Positions 13,777 to 26,725 are shown, numbered from the stretch's first letter. The stretch: 64,000 nucleotides of DNA from Paraspadella gotoi (GCA_051294375.1 CM119263.1:8195992-8259991); one strand, 5' to 3'. Notes: a model not told the origin generated them from the letters alone. Made by a program: numbers and translations.

Positions 13777-14060
13777 GGAAGAGAAAATGGAAGAATGAGA
13801 ATGTGGAAGATAGAAGGATTAAATGAAGAATGAGAATGTGAAAGGAAGAGAAAATGGAATAATGAGAACGAGAATGTGAAAGATAGAAGGATGAAATGAA
13901 GAATGAGAATGTGAAAGGAAGAGAAAATGGAATAATGAGAACGAGAATGTGAAAGATAGAAGGATGAAATGAAGAATGAGAATGTGAATGGAAGAGAAAA
14001 TGGAATAATGAGAACGAGAATGTGAAAGATAGAAGGATGAATTAGAGAATGAGAATATGA
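13777..14060 (+). repeat. Purine-rich minisatellite, 73-bp period (~3.8 copies) built from two related subunits
   Basis: aatggaat ends at 13860, 13933 and 14006 (period 73). Each unit contains gagaatgtgaa twice. Confidence 0.92.
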
Positions 14061-14649
14061 AATTCCGAGAAGATGGAAGGAGTATAAAATATGTGGAATG
14101 ATGAAAAAAAAACCAAAGGCAAAGAAAATTAAGAAATTGAAACTAGAAAATGATAGCGGATTCTATCACCCAGAAAATAAAATAAAAATTAGAAGAAAAA
14201 CAAAATCAAAACAAAGGTAATTCTCAAGTGAAAACTAGATTAGCATTGGTTGTAACACTACTGGAAAGAAACAAAACGAAAAATAATAATAACTAATTAA
14301 GGCAAAGGAGAGAGAAAAGAAGAAAAAGGGAAAAAGTAAGGATGACGACGACGACAACGACATCGCCTCGAGCCGGAGCAGATGTCTCGCAGCGATTCGA
14401 CGAGCGCCACCGCGCATTTTTTTCTTTCCAGGGTCATTCAGGGTAAGCTTTTCTTACGTTAATGGGAAGCTCACGGTAATGGCAAGCTTTCGCAATGTCA
14501 AAGGAAAGCTTTTCTTAGATTAAGGATAATCTTTTCAGACATAGTGAGAGTATACGTAAGCATTTCACGAAGTAAATTCAGATAAGAATATTAACTTACG
14601 ATAAGGGATAGTTTGTTTTCACTTTCTTATTTCTTTCAGACGAATTTCC

Positions 14650-16720
14650 TAGAAACTCTTTCCTAAAAATGTGAATTCGGACGTCTTTTGTCTCACGTAA
14701 ACTATTTTTAAATTTTAATTTGAGAATTTTAACTTTGAAAATAATTTTTAGTCGGCTCTCACTTCCGTATGTCCGGTCTTGTTCCCATCCTGGCGCCGCT
14801 ACCGGCAAAGCGGCGTCCACATCCGGGTTCCACATCCGGTCGTCCTGATCGGAAAAGCATTTTGTCGGCGCCGAAGGAAGAAGACGAATGATGGGTGGAC
14901 AAGAAAAGATGGAAGAGACATCGAGGTTGTGAGATTCGCGGTTGAAGCCTTGAAAGGATTTTCTGGAGATTGTGGTCGAGACGTGGGTTCGAGAGCGTGG
15001 GCTTTCATAGGATTTTGAGGAGGTGGGAGAGAATGTGGGGGGGGGGCGAGAGGTGTTAATGTGTTTTAGGGAGAGAGAGAAAAAAAAAACCGGAATTGCG
15101 CTGTTGTAGAGTTTTAGGGTGTTACGGATGAGAGATTGTAGATTTCTGAGGCGAAGGGGACCATTGGGATTCGGTCCTTGGAGCGATGGAATAGTAGTGG
15201 TTGTGAGGTGAGATGATTAAANNNNNNNNNNNNNNNNNNNNNNNNNNNNNNNNNNNNNNNNNNNNNNNNNNNNNNNNNNNNNNNNNNNNNNNNNNNNNNN
15301 NNNNNNNNNNNNNNNNNNNNNNNNNNNNNNNNNNNNNNNNNNNNNNNNNNNNNNNNNNNNNNNNNNNNNNNNNNNNNNNNNNNNNNNNNNNNNNNNNNNN
15401 NNNNNNNNNNNNNNNNNNNNNNNNNNNNNNNNNNNNNNNNNNNNNNNNNNNNNNNNNNNNNNNNNNNNNNNNNNNNNNNNNNNNNNNNNNNNNNNNNNNN
15501 NNNNNNNNNAGAAAGGAGAACAGAGGAGAACAGAGGAGAATTGCAGACACAAAGTAATAGGAGGAAAAAAAATCCTGGAATGGTGATGAGCCGAGGGAAT
15601 AGAAAGAAGAAANNNNNNNNNNNNNNNNNNNNNNNNNGAGAACTCTCCCCTAATAATAGTGGGTAAATTCGGACGTCCTTTGTCCCCTCACCCCGTACAA
15701 CTATTTTAAATTTTTTATTTTCAGAGGGAATTTAACTTTTTTTGAAAAATATAATTTTTTATGCTCGGCTCGTCACTTTCCGTTATGTCCGTCATTTTCC
15801 CATCCTGGCCGCCCGCTTAACCGGGCGCAAAGCCGGCGTCCACATCGGCGGGCTTCCACATCCGGTTCGTCCTGATCGGAAAAAAAGCATTTGGTCGGCG
15901 CCGAACGGAAGACAGGACGAAATGATGGAGTGCGACGAAGGGGAAAAGATCTTGGGAGAGACATGCGATGGTTGTGAGATTGAGATTCGGCCGGTTTGAA
16001 GCCTTGTGAAAGGATTTTCTGGGAGAAATTGTCGGTCGACACGTGGGTTCGAGAAGCTGGCCTTTCACTAGGTTTGAGGAGTGGGTGAGAGGAAATGTGG
16101 GAGGGGGGGGCGATGAAGTAGTTAATGTGTTAGGGAATGATGAGAGAGAAAACGAATAATTGCCGCCGTTGTAAAGTTAGGGTGTACGGATGAGATGATT
16201 GATAGATTATTCTGACAGGCGAAGGGAGACCATTTGGGATTCTGCGTCCTGTGGAGCCGATGGACATAGTCATCGTTGGAAGATTGTGAGGTGAGATGAG
16301 TTAAAGGCAAAAGATCAGAGGGAAAATGTTTAAGTGTATGGTCTCCATTGATTGTCGGCCGGAAAAAACGGGAAAAAAAAAAGGCCTCTGGATTTTTAGT
16401 TTCAGACCAAGAGAGAAGTGTTAAGTAGAGAGAGAGAAGACGAGAGATAGTGGAAAGGGAAGAGGTGAGCACTGAGAGTAACCGAAATTGCGACATTAGC
16501 GAGGCAAGATACCAAAAAAAAAAAGACGACGATGGAAACAAAAGTGAAAAAAGCCCCAGACGACACAACACCGATATAAAATAAGCTGAAACAATAGGGA
16601 GAAAGCCGGCAAACAGAGTGAGAACAGAGGCGGAGAATGCCCGGCAAAAGCTTAATAGGAGGAAAAACAAAAAAATGTCTGGAATGGTGCATGAGCCGAG
16701 GGGGGAATAGGAAAGAGAAA
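14650..16720 (+). repeat. Direct duplication (~1 kb) across a 25-N gap (15613-15637); second copy insertion-rich
   Basis: 14650-15612 and 15638-16720 share aattcggacgtc, ttccacatccgg..cgtcctgatcggaaaa, acgtgggttcgaga and ggaatggtg..atgagccgaggg. The second copy spans the 288-N gap (15222-15509) of the first. Confidence 0.9.
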
Positions 16721-18121
16721 ACCATGGATAAGTGGTACAAGAAGGAAAAAACCATGGCCGGGGGGGCGGGGGTTTTTTTTTTTAAACTGTAGTTGAGGAG
16801 GAAGGAGAACCGAAAATGAGCCGAGTGAGACGAGAAAGGAGAGAGAGAGGAGGATGAGGAGAGAGAAGAGAGATGAGAGAGAGAGAGAGAATGAGGAGAG
16901 ATGAGGGAGAGGAGAGAGAGAGAGCGCCGAGAAGTCCCAAAAAGTGCACGAGCCGTGAAGGCCCATTAAAAAGAAATTCGAAGTATGGACTAGCGGAGGG
17001 AATAGAATCAGTCTTGGGTGCAAAAGACGCCGAGGACTCGCAGCAGATCTCTTACCGACTGGTGAGACGAGAGGAGACCGAGAGAGAAGAAGAAGAGAAT
17101 GAGAGCAGAGATGAAGAGAGAGAGAGATGTAGGTTGATAGCGAATTTGAATTGAAGTGTGAGGTTCGAGAAACACAGGTGCAAGAGGAGACGGACTTGAA
17201 ATTACAATCACTTCTTTTTAAATTCATTTTCTTTTTCTTCTTTTTTATCCTGCCTCGTCTTTCTCTCTCTTCTCTCTCTTCGTCTCTCTCTCTCTGCGTC
17301 TCTCTCTCTCCTCTCTCGTCTCTCTCTTATTCTATTCCTTTTTATCCTTCTTCAAATTCTCTCCTAGTTGTTTTGAGGAGACTATTTACGATAAGCGAGA
17401 TAATCAAGAAAATGGCTTACTAATAAAGATGAAGCTGCCAAGAGAGATTTCTATTGCGACGATGAAAACATTCGCGAGCTGCGAATACAATTTCATGAAT
17501 GTCGATTGTAATTTCATGAATCTCGTTTGTAATTTTACCGCAATCGCCGATCTCGTTTTAGTTTTGCTGCGAAATGAATAATTCATTTACGATACAACGA
17601 AATGTAATTCTCACTTGGAAGAAAACCGTGTAACTCCATATCAGTCAATGACCTCAAAGGTACTCGGAACGATAATGATGTTTACCTTGTCGAGTACCAA
17701 TTTGGAGGCGGTGCATGCTTCTCGTTGTTTACCTTGGTAGCGCCAAAAAAAACTCTCACGCAGTCTCATGGCGATATTTATACTTTAATTAAAGCTAAGT
17801 TTTAAGTGTAAAATGGTATATTGCATCGTCCTCAAACTTCCTTTAATGATTCTTCAGAATCTGATCATATGATAACGCAGAGAATTTATTTTCGCAAAAG
17901 TAAAAAGTAAAACATCACAATCTTCTTACGATTTCCACGTCATTAAAGCCGCGAAATTAACCCAAAATTTTGAAGAGATGTTGACTCAAAAAAAAAAAAA
18001 AACACAAAAAACTCGAAGCAATATTGACCTAAAGTGCTCGGGGGGGATATCGCTCTGCCTCTGCAAATGACGATCCCGCTGTTTGTGTGCCGTAGTATTT
18101 TGAAGAGGTTCCGTAAACAGC

Positions 18122-18153
<32 letters not shown>

Positions 18154-18533
18154 AGACGACCTTGACGAAGGCGACGACAACGGAAACGACGAACAAACAG
18201 AGAGAGAGAGAGAGAGCGATTCTTCAAGCCAGAATACTGTATTTAAAATTTAAACAATGTTTAACAAATTTTTAAGCGATAGAAATTAAACCTTGTTATA
18301 TCATTATCCGATTATTATTGAAAATCGAGCATTTACTAAACTTACTAGTTTTTCTTAAAAAAATATTGAAAATATTAAATTAAAAAGAATGTTTATAACT
18401 GTATTAGTCTAAAAGTTAAAAGTGAGAGAAAGAGGGTGCGCAAGAAAAAAAGTAATAGTGAGAGAGAGTGAAGAAAGAGTTGGATCAAGGAAAATAGACT
18501 AATGTGAAAATGAGGCGCTGGTTTCCATCGCCT

Positions 18534-18536
<3 letters not shown>

Positions 18537-18625
<89 letters not shown>
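18537..18625 (+). repeat. Perfect (AG)n microsatellite (~44 units)
   Basis: Directly visible. It is representative of many GA/CT tracts, e.g. 19534-19620, 20915-21017, 40252-40400, 42000-42135 and 52425-52512. Confidence 0.98.
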
Positions 18626-18627
<2 letters not shown>

Positions 18628-18689
18628 AGTACTTAATGTACGCTACGGGACTCGTTATCGCGAAGGCATCCGAAATTCCCCGTCACATT

Positions 18690-18812
18690 CGACGTGAGAC
18701 GAGAGCGACCTCAGATTCCGACCGTGACGCCTGGTGACGTCGCCTGACGCCACCTAACTCAGCCTGTCGCCCCTGACGCCGAATGACGAGACGTAACGAG
18801 ACGTGACGTCGT
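18690..18812. promoter_or_regulatory. Cluster of TGACG (CRE/ATF half-site-like) motifs
   Basis: Six TGACG within ~90 bp (about 18725, 18735, 18745, 18774, 18784, 18805). Function is inferred only. Confidence 0.3.
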
Positions 18813-19530
18813 TAAAATGTTTTTTTTACCGCAGAAAAAAAAACTCCCTGACAATGAGTTCTAACGATTTCGAATTTGTCTTTTTTTTTTCGGTTTTTTT
18901 TTTGTAACAAATTTTTTCACATACGTAAATTTACAAAAAGACAACAGATAGACGGACAGACAGACAGATGTATATCCAATTAATCGCGAAGGAGGGCAAT
19001 CACGTGATCCATCGGCTCGTGACCGCGCTTCGCCAGTCTGTAATCACCGGAACCAAAACCCAATCAGACTTTGTGATGATTGCAGACTTCGCTCCAGACT
19101 GGGTCCCCGCCAAATTATGCAAACAATATAACCGACGTGAGCTAACATAACAGAAGTCCCTTTCCAGAGGAGGAGGAGGAGGAGGAGGAGGAGGAGGAGG
19201 AGGAGGAGGAGAAACGAGGGAATTAACGGTTTCGCGGGAGATTTGGGGGAATGGAGATGATGACGAGGGAGAAGAGAAATAAGAGGAGAGAATGAATCCG
19301 AACTGAGCGGAAGGGCGGGGTGAACGAAATTAAGAAGGGAAGGAGGAAAAGTTGAACATAACATTTGCGATAAAATATCTATGATTTCAATTCTCCCTCT
19401 AATATAGTTATTGACGGTGGAGAGCGAACTTAGTTTTCCGACAGAGAAAAAAATGACTTTGGGCTTCCGTAAAAAAAAATAAATAACCCTAAAATATTCT
19501 TTCCTTCAGAAAAAAGTTAAAGGGGGAAAG

Positions 19531-19624
<94 letters not shown>

Positions 19625-19924
19625 TAGAAAGGGTTTGTTTACCCAGGGAGGGCTGTCAAAGAAATAGAAAAATGGCGAGAAATGGCCGTTTCCTAGACCG
19701 ACAGACGAATAGGAAGAGAAAGAGAGACACACTGAGAGACAGACAGAGAGAGAAGGGAGGCACGGAGATAAAGAAGAGATAGAGAGAGACTGAGAGAGAG
19801 AGAGGGAGAGGGAGAGAAAGAGAGAGACAGAGACAGAGAGAGAGGGAGATGAAAAAAGCTTATCAGTTTCTTGGTCAACGGTTCCCTGCGGACCACATAA
19901 TAGAAAGTATGAGTGATGGTCTGT

Positions 19925-19972
<48 letters not shown>

Positions 19973-20070
19973 TTTTCACACCCTCTTTCCGTTCAGCTTA
20001 AAACTTTCACCATAATATTTTAACTTTATATTATATTATATTACTATTTAATATGAAACTCTTGATGAAT

Positions 20071-20071
<1 letters not shown>

Positions 20072-20117
<46 letters not shown>
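20072..20117 (+). repeat. (GAT)n microsatellite
   Basis: Perfect trinucleotide run. Confidence 0.96.
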
Positions 20118-20118
<1 letters not shown>

Positions 20119-20911
20119 TGAACGACGATAACTGTATTTATTATTTTTAAAATTTTATTTCTTGTATGTTTTTTTTTACTCTTCATTTTTATTAATGGAA
20201 ACCAATCGATTCGCTTTGTTTACTTTTTGTTTTTCATTGTTTTCTTTGTGTTTTTGTTTTTGTTTTTGTTTTTCCTTGTTACCCTTCTCCCTTCTAATCA
20301 ACCCCATCTCTTTTTCACTTTATTACCTTCTCAACGCGCGACTCGACCTGAATGAGCAGGTAAGTCATTTGAATTTATTAAACGAAAGGAGGAGGATGAG
20401 GAGGAGGAGGAGGAGGACGAGAAGGAGGAGGAAGAGAAACAGGAGGAGGAGGAGGAACTAAAAATAAAAGGAAAAGAAAAGAACTTTTAAAAAATGGAGC
20501 TAAAAATTGATGCCCTCGCAGTATTTGGGTGAAAGTTTGAGCCAAATCGTCGTCCAAATGGTGAACGGAGTTTTTTCATTCTCGTTAAGGACTCGGCTAT
20601 AAAACGTTCAATAGCAGGAGAATAGCCTCAAATTTTAATGCCAATGAAAACCTTTCGCTTCATGTATAAAAAATATTTTTTAAGTTTGGATTCAAATTTT
20701 GAAAACGGATTAATTTTAGAATCAAAAGATGATGTACATCTTAATTACATCTGATGAACGAAAATAAAGGGGTTTTTTTGGTAACAAATACTAAAATGTT
20801 TTTTTTTTCTAAACGGACATGTTTCTGCTATATTGTTTGCCTTCTTACCGGATTCCGACAGAAAGATGCCTCTCCAATCTTCATGTACCTCGTACACCCC
20901 TCTCACCTTTA

Positions 20912-21020
<109 letters not shown>

Positions 21021-21869
21021 TCCCTCGGAAAAAGAATCATCTGTTTTCTTTGTAATATTTGCGACTCGTTGGGATCCGCGTTTGCTTTGTTACTCTTGAT
21101 TGTTTGTCCTTCTACTTCACTCTGCATCTTTTGCCCAAATATTTTCCGGTTTTTCTTTCTTTTCTTTTTTTTTTTAACCGCGAATTCGCGAAAAGAAACG
21201 GATTTCTTTTGAGGAGGGAAAAAAAAACTGTTTGTTTCTTGATTCGTTTTTTTTCCCCGCTCATTCGCCGTCCATGTATGTGCGATTCTGTGTGTGACGT
21301 GAGTGAGAATGAATATTTTGTTTTTGGTTATTTTGGCCGAAATCGATATTTTTTTTTTCTTTTGACTTTTTTTTCGTACTTTCGTTCTTTTTCTTTCATT
21401 TCTCACTTCCTTTTTTTCATCTCTTAGGTTCTCTTTCCTTCACGCATGCTTTTCTTCCCCTTTCTCCATTTTTTTTTTCGTAAATCCAGGCAATTTATTC
21501 TTTTCTTTTGCTGCTTTCCACTGCCACCACATTTCACAATTGTTCCGGTGACGGTTTGACCTCGCCCGTGGAATTTCTTCCTTTTCCTCATCTCTCTCTT
21601 TTCCTCTCTTTTATTTAGTTGGGTCTTCCTTGCCTTTGGTCTTTTTTTCCATTTTTTTTTCTCTTTTGTAATTCGTATTTCTTTCCTTTTTTTTTCTTTC
21701 TATCGATGACCATTTGTCTTTTTAAATCTTTCTCTCCTTTTCTCATTCATTTTCGGCTACACTATTTTGATTTTTATCTAAAAGCTGCTCTAGACAATCA
21801 CCGTTTCACGTTTTGCTCTTATTTACCATACTTCTTTTCTCCCCTCTCCTTTTCTGCCTTTTTCTCCGC

Positions 21870-21942
21870 CTTATTCCTTCCTATTCCTTCTTATTCCTTC
21901 CTATACCTTCCTATTCCTTCCTATTCCTTCCTATTCCTTTCT
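21870..21942 (+). repeat. 10-bp minisatellite (CTATTCCTTC)n, ~7 copies
   Basis: Directly visible tandem decamers. Confidence 0.92.
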
Positions 21943-23288
21943 TTCATTCCCATCTTCCTAATTCTCTTTTCTCCGTGATTTTCCTCATCTAACAAAAGTG
22001 GTGGTCATGAATCGTTGCCTTAAAAAAAGGAAAACGGACGGCCATTTTGAAGCTCGCGATTACTTCCAATCAAATTAAGGTCATCTCGGAGTTTCAGTAC
22101 ATAATTATGAACATTCGTTCTAGATATTCTCTCTTTCTCTCACTCTCTCTCTCTCTCTNNNNNNNNNNNNNNNNNNNNNNNNNNNNNNNNNNNNNNNNNN
22201 NNNNNNNNNNNNNNNNNNNNNNNNNNNNNNNNNNNNNNNNNNNNNNNNNNNNNNNNNNNNNNNNNNNNNNNNNNNNNNNNNNNNNNNNNNNNNNNNNNNN
22301 NNNNNNNNNNNNNNNNNNNNNNNNNNNNNNNNNNNNNNNNNNNNNNNNNNNNNNNNNNNNNNNNNNNNNNNNNNNNNNNNNNNNNNNNNNNNNNGAGAGA
22401 GAGAGAATAAGTTTTCGAGAATCTCTTCTGCAGTCATTGTCAATTTCACAGGTTCACTCATCATTTGTCATCCAAATAATATTTTTCCACGCATTTTTTA
22501 ATTCTCCTTTAACTCTCCATCTTCTGAGTTTCTCTTTCCATATATAAGTAGTCATGTACAATAATTGTACATTGTAGTTAATATCAATAAACCTTGTTGT
22601 TTCCAACAAAGTTTTTTCTTTCCTTATTTTCTGCATGTTAAATGAATAACTGAATCTTTTTGGTTTTTATTCAGACGTAAACTCAGTTTCTCTCCAAAAA
22701 ATGTATCCATTGCGTCAATCCTACCTCTTGCTTCTTAACTTTTCCCTTTGTAATCTTTCTTCCAACCTTCACCTCTCCCCCCTACCCACCCCCCTATGAC
22801 TCTTAGCGCCCCGAATCTTCGTGAATTCAGTGGCCCGCGAAAACGACGGGTCCGCTCCCTCATATAGGAAGTCGCTAGTCGTTGCCCCAACTCCTATTCG
22901 CTATTTATAAAAAAAATATGCAGTAATCATTACAGTACAAGCTTCCCCGTTCCAAGGTAAAAATAATATACAAATAAAGTTGAAAGCGAGGCAGGAATCT
23001 CGAAAAAAAAAAACAACACCTTTAGAAATGCTCGACTCATAGTCGAATTAATGTCGAGGAGAAAAGATTAAGTTGGGGAGAATTGAAGAAGTTTTTAACA
23101 ATTCGTCTCGGATGAGAACTTGAAAATGGTGATGTGATTTCGTTAGTTTAAATTTAAGTGAATGGGGGGTTGTAGTTTTTAGAGAAGAAGACCAACAAAA
23201 GGTTAAATAAGCAATACTGGCTAACGATAAAAAATAAAATAAAAGAAGACGAAAACTTAACATAAATTAAAAGAATTACTATTATATT

Positions 23289-23497
23289 TTTTTTAATTTA
23301 ATGTTTTATCCAGTCCTCGGCCAGATAACAGGACAACCTTAATAACTATGCTTGGATCTTTTTTTATATAATTTTTTTTTCTTAGGGACACTGCCCTTTG
23401 TGCCCAGGCCCCTCGGCTTTGTGGAGGGAGTCTACCCCTATACACGCCCTTAATCGTGGAGGGAGTCTACCCCTATACACGCCCCTGGACGTGGAGT
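23289..23497 (-). mobile_element. Possible 3' end of a non-LTR retroposon (stem-loop plus A-rich tail) with an internal 35-bp tandem duplication
   Basis: The minus strand ends ...gtcctgttatctggccgaggactggataaaacattaaattaaaaaaaa (gtcct/aggac stem, then an A-rich tail). The 29-mer gtggagggagtctacccctatacacgccc is repeated at 23421 and 23456, with a partial third copy at 23491. Family not identified. Confidence 0.35.
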
Positions 23498-23584
23498 GTC
23501 GTGTTTCAAAATGAAACTAATTTTGAGGGAGAGTAGTTTATCGAGAAGGAAACTCCTGGGACTCGTGCTGGTTTATGATGCGAA

Positions 23585-23792
23585 AAGATAATGGGCAGGA
23601 TAGCGAAATAATAAAGGGCAGGATAGAGAAAAGATAAAGGGCGGGATAGAGAAATGATAAAGGGCAGGATAGAGAAAAGATAAAGGGCAGGATAAAGAAA
23701 TGCTAAAGGGCAGGATAGAGAAATGATAAAGGGCAGGATAGAGATAAGATAACGGGCAGGATAGAGAAATGCTAAAGGGCAGGATAGAGAAG
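23585..23792 (+). repeat. 23-bp minisatellite (aaagggcaggatagagaaatgat), 9 units
   Basis: Nine gggc(a/g)gga cores counted here; the copy at 31940-32207 has 12. Confidence 0.93.
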
Positions 23793-24017
23793 ATGGAGAC
23801 TATTAAAGAGGGAAGATATTTTTACGATGAAGAATGATGGGGATGGATAGGGAAAGGAAATAATTGGAGGGGTCGGGGTGGAAGGAGTTGGGTTCTTTTA
23901 TGGAACGAGACACTCGGCGCCCTTGCATTCGGAGATTTTTATCACACGCATTAAAATCAGGGGCTGCGTAAAATTGTTTTCGGGACCCGTTGCTTCTTCG
24001 TCTAGACACTGCGTGTT

Positions 24018-24085
<68 letters not shown>

Positions 24086-25077
24086 TCTCTCTCTCTCTCT
24101 CTCTTTCCTTTTTTTTTTCCAACTGGGTCTTTTGTTGTTTTATCGTCTGTAATCTTCTCTTTTTCTATACTAATCACCTCTCTATGCCTCTCTATTTCAT
24201 TCGGGTCTCAGCCTCGAAAAAAGAAGACTCCTCGACAGAGAAACATCTCGGCCGTAGTGGCATTTGCGCTCTGGTGCTGTTTATTATTTACTGGGGAATA
24301 TCTAACTCTATTAGAGGCNNNNNNNNNNNNNNNNNNNNNNNNNNNNNNNNNNNNNNNNNNNNNNNNNNNNNNNNNNNNNNNNNNNNNNNNNNNNNNNNNN
24401 NNNNNNNNNNNNNNNNNNNNNNNNNNNNNNNNNNNNNNNNNNNNNNNNNNNNNNNNNNNNNNNNNNNNNNNNNNNNNNNNNNNNNNNNNNNNNNNNNNNN
24501 NNNNNNNNNTATCTCAGCAAACGACGTTTTATCTCCATTTTCGTTTTGTTTGTTTATTTGTTTTATCGCATCGAAAATAGTGTCGGCAGGATATCACTCT
24601 TCTCACCTGGGAGCCGATATCACCAGCTCTGTTTTCCTTTGCTTGGGTTCTGTTGTGTGCTTGACGTAGCAGAGAGAGAGTGAGAGAGAGAGACAATGAG
24701 AGANNNNNNNNNNNNNNNNNNNNNNNNNNNNNNNNNNNNNNNNNNNNNNNNNNNNNNNNNNNNNNNNNNNNNNNNNNNNNNNNNNNNNNNNNNNNNNNNN
24801 NNNNNNNNNNNNNNNNNNNNNNNNNNNNNNNNNNNNNNNNNNNNNNNNNNNNNNNNNNNNNNNNNNNNNNNNNNNNNNNNNNNNNAAAAAAAAACTTATA
24901 AGAAATAAATCCAAGACTTCACATGAAGGTTAGTTTTTTAAAATGATATTTCCTATGTAAAAAACAATAGAGAGTCTCCATGATTTCCGGAATCGACCAT
25001 TGAGACGTAGTTACATCCGCCACTTCCCGTATATGATTGTCCGGAGGGAAAGTTCTTGCTTTGAGAAGGAACGTGAG

Positions 25078-25182
25078 AGAAGAGAAGTGAAGTGAAGTGA
25101 AGAGAAGAGAAGAGAAGAGAAGAGAAGAGAAGAGAAGAGAAGAGAAGAGAAGAGAAGAGAAGAGAAGAGAAGAGAAGAGAAT
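25078..25182 (+). repeat. (GAAGA)n / (GAAGT)n pentanucleotide microsatellite
   Basis: Directly visible. A longer, noisier version lies at 33312-33496. Confidence 0.96.
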
Positions 25183-25921
25183 TGAAGAGGCCACATAAAA
25201 GAAAAAAAATTGGTTAGGGAGAACAGAAAAAGAAAAAAAAACTATTTCTAAAGCGAGGACTGCCCTTCACCCTTCCTCTCCTTTTAACCGCGCTGTGTGA
25301 GAAAAGGATCTCTTCGTCTCTGTCTCTGTCTGACTCTCTTCGTCCGATGTCCTCTAGGTTTCGTCCCCGAGAGCGAGAGTCTACATCCTGTCGAACGACC
25401 TGAGGCGATTAAGAAAAATCATCTCCTTGGAAGGTCGCAGATGTTTTCCCCGTCGGTTATCATCTGTTTCATCGACTCGAATCATCTTCTTCATCTGTCT
25501 TATTCATTCCGCATCATGGTCGTCAATATATCGGTCTTTCTGCTTTCTAGCCTTCTGCTTAAATATCACAAGATAACGATTATCGGTATATACTGTATCG
25601 AGTCATCTTTGTTGATGTTAATCGTTCGTTAGCTATGTAGTTAGTCGTTCAATCTATAAATAATAATCCGTTATCGCCCGTTGCTGATTCGACTTTTTTG
25701 GGGGGGGCCAACTCGATTTTTTGTATTAAAATATATAAGTTATAACAACGAAGCCGCGAAAGGAGATTTAAAAGGGAGGGTGAGTTATTTTTGTATTTTC
25801 GCAGCCTATAAACGGAAAGGCGTTGATGTCCATCGTGAACATAAATTTTCTCTCTTTTTTTTTTCTCTCCTGCCAAAATTATTCAAATTTTTCAGACTTC
25901 ACCTGGTCGTAAACGTTATTT

Positions 25922-25957
<36 letters not shown>

Positions 25958-26147
25958 NNNNNNNNNNNNNNNNNNNNNNNNNNNNNNNNNNNNNNNNNNN
26001 NNNNNNNNNNNNNNNNNNNNNNNNNNNNNNNNNNNNNNNNNNNNNNNNNNNNNNNNNNNNNNNNNNNNNNNNNNNNNNNNNNNNNNNNNNNNNNNNNNNN
26101 NNNNNNNNNNNNNNNNNNNNNNNNNNNNNNNNNNNNNNNNNNNNNNN

Positions 26148-26182
<35 letters not shown>

Positions 26183-26489
26183 TCAACGTCATTATTTACG
26201 CCATAAATTCGACGACGACGAGGACGACGATGATGAAGATGATAATCCAGTTAATGGTAATGGTGATAATTGTCACTGTTTAAATGGTGAGCGTCTTAAT
26301 CGAGTCACTAATTAACCCAAAAAAAAAGTGAAAAAAGAAGTCCAATAAGTTGACGTCCCAATGCTGCTATTTTGCAAGAAGATCGAGGTATTTATTTTGC
26401 TCCTCCAAAATCATTACTATTTTTGTGAGCTATATGTAGTCGGGCATGGCAAAGTTCACCCCGCCTCTTAGCATGACACCTTCAGTCGT

Positions 26490-26725
26490 GACCCGGTGGC
26501 TCATTGACTAAAGCCATCAGCTCATGACCACTAGGTACCGGGTGCAATCCCAACCCGGTACCTACTCTGTGGGAAGCGTGAGGACGGCCGTAAGCCGCCT
26601 TGGGGGCGTGGAAAACCCTCAAGACTGTTTCCAAGCCCAGGACCCGTTCCATAGCTGCTAGAGGGGGTTATAGAAGTTACGGATAGTCATCTTCATCCCA
26701 CTTAGCGCCTTATCCACATATATTT
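26490..26725 (+). mobile_element. tRNA-derived SINE (Pol III A/B box head plus unrelated body)
   Basis: Head gacccggTGGCTCATTGActaaagc (A-box-like, 26497-26507) and GGTGCAATCCC (B-box-like, 26541-26551, diverged from GGTTCRANYCC) at tRNA-like spacing. A ~160 bp GC-richer body follows and ends in an AT-rich stretch. The 3' boundary is approximate. Confidence 0.65.

Noticed and set aside
14415-14448. Acceptor-like tttctttccag followed 11 nt later by donor-like gtaagc (micro-exon); also a consensus CAG/GTAAGT at 20357-20365
   Set aside because: Such short motifs are expected by chance in pyrimidine-rich DNA, and there are no partner exons or transcript evidence.
23421-23497. 29-bp repeats with short spacers as a CRISPR-like array
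   Set aside because: There are only two full repeats, 6-bp spacers, no cas genes and a eukaryotic context.
26490-26562. Functional tRNA gene
   Set aside because: The B box is mutated (GGTGCAA), acceptor and anticodon stem pairing is poor, and no oligo-T terminator follows directly. It is better explained as a SINE head.
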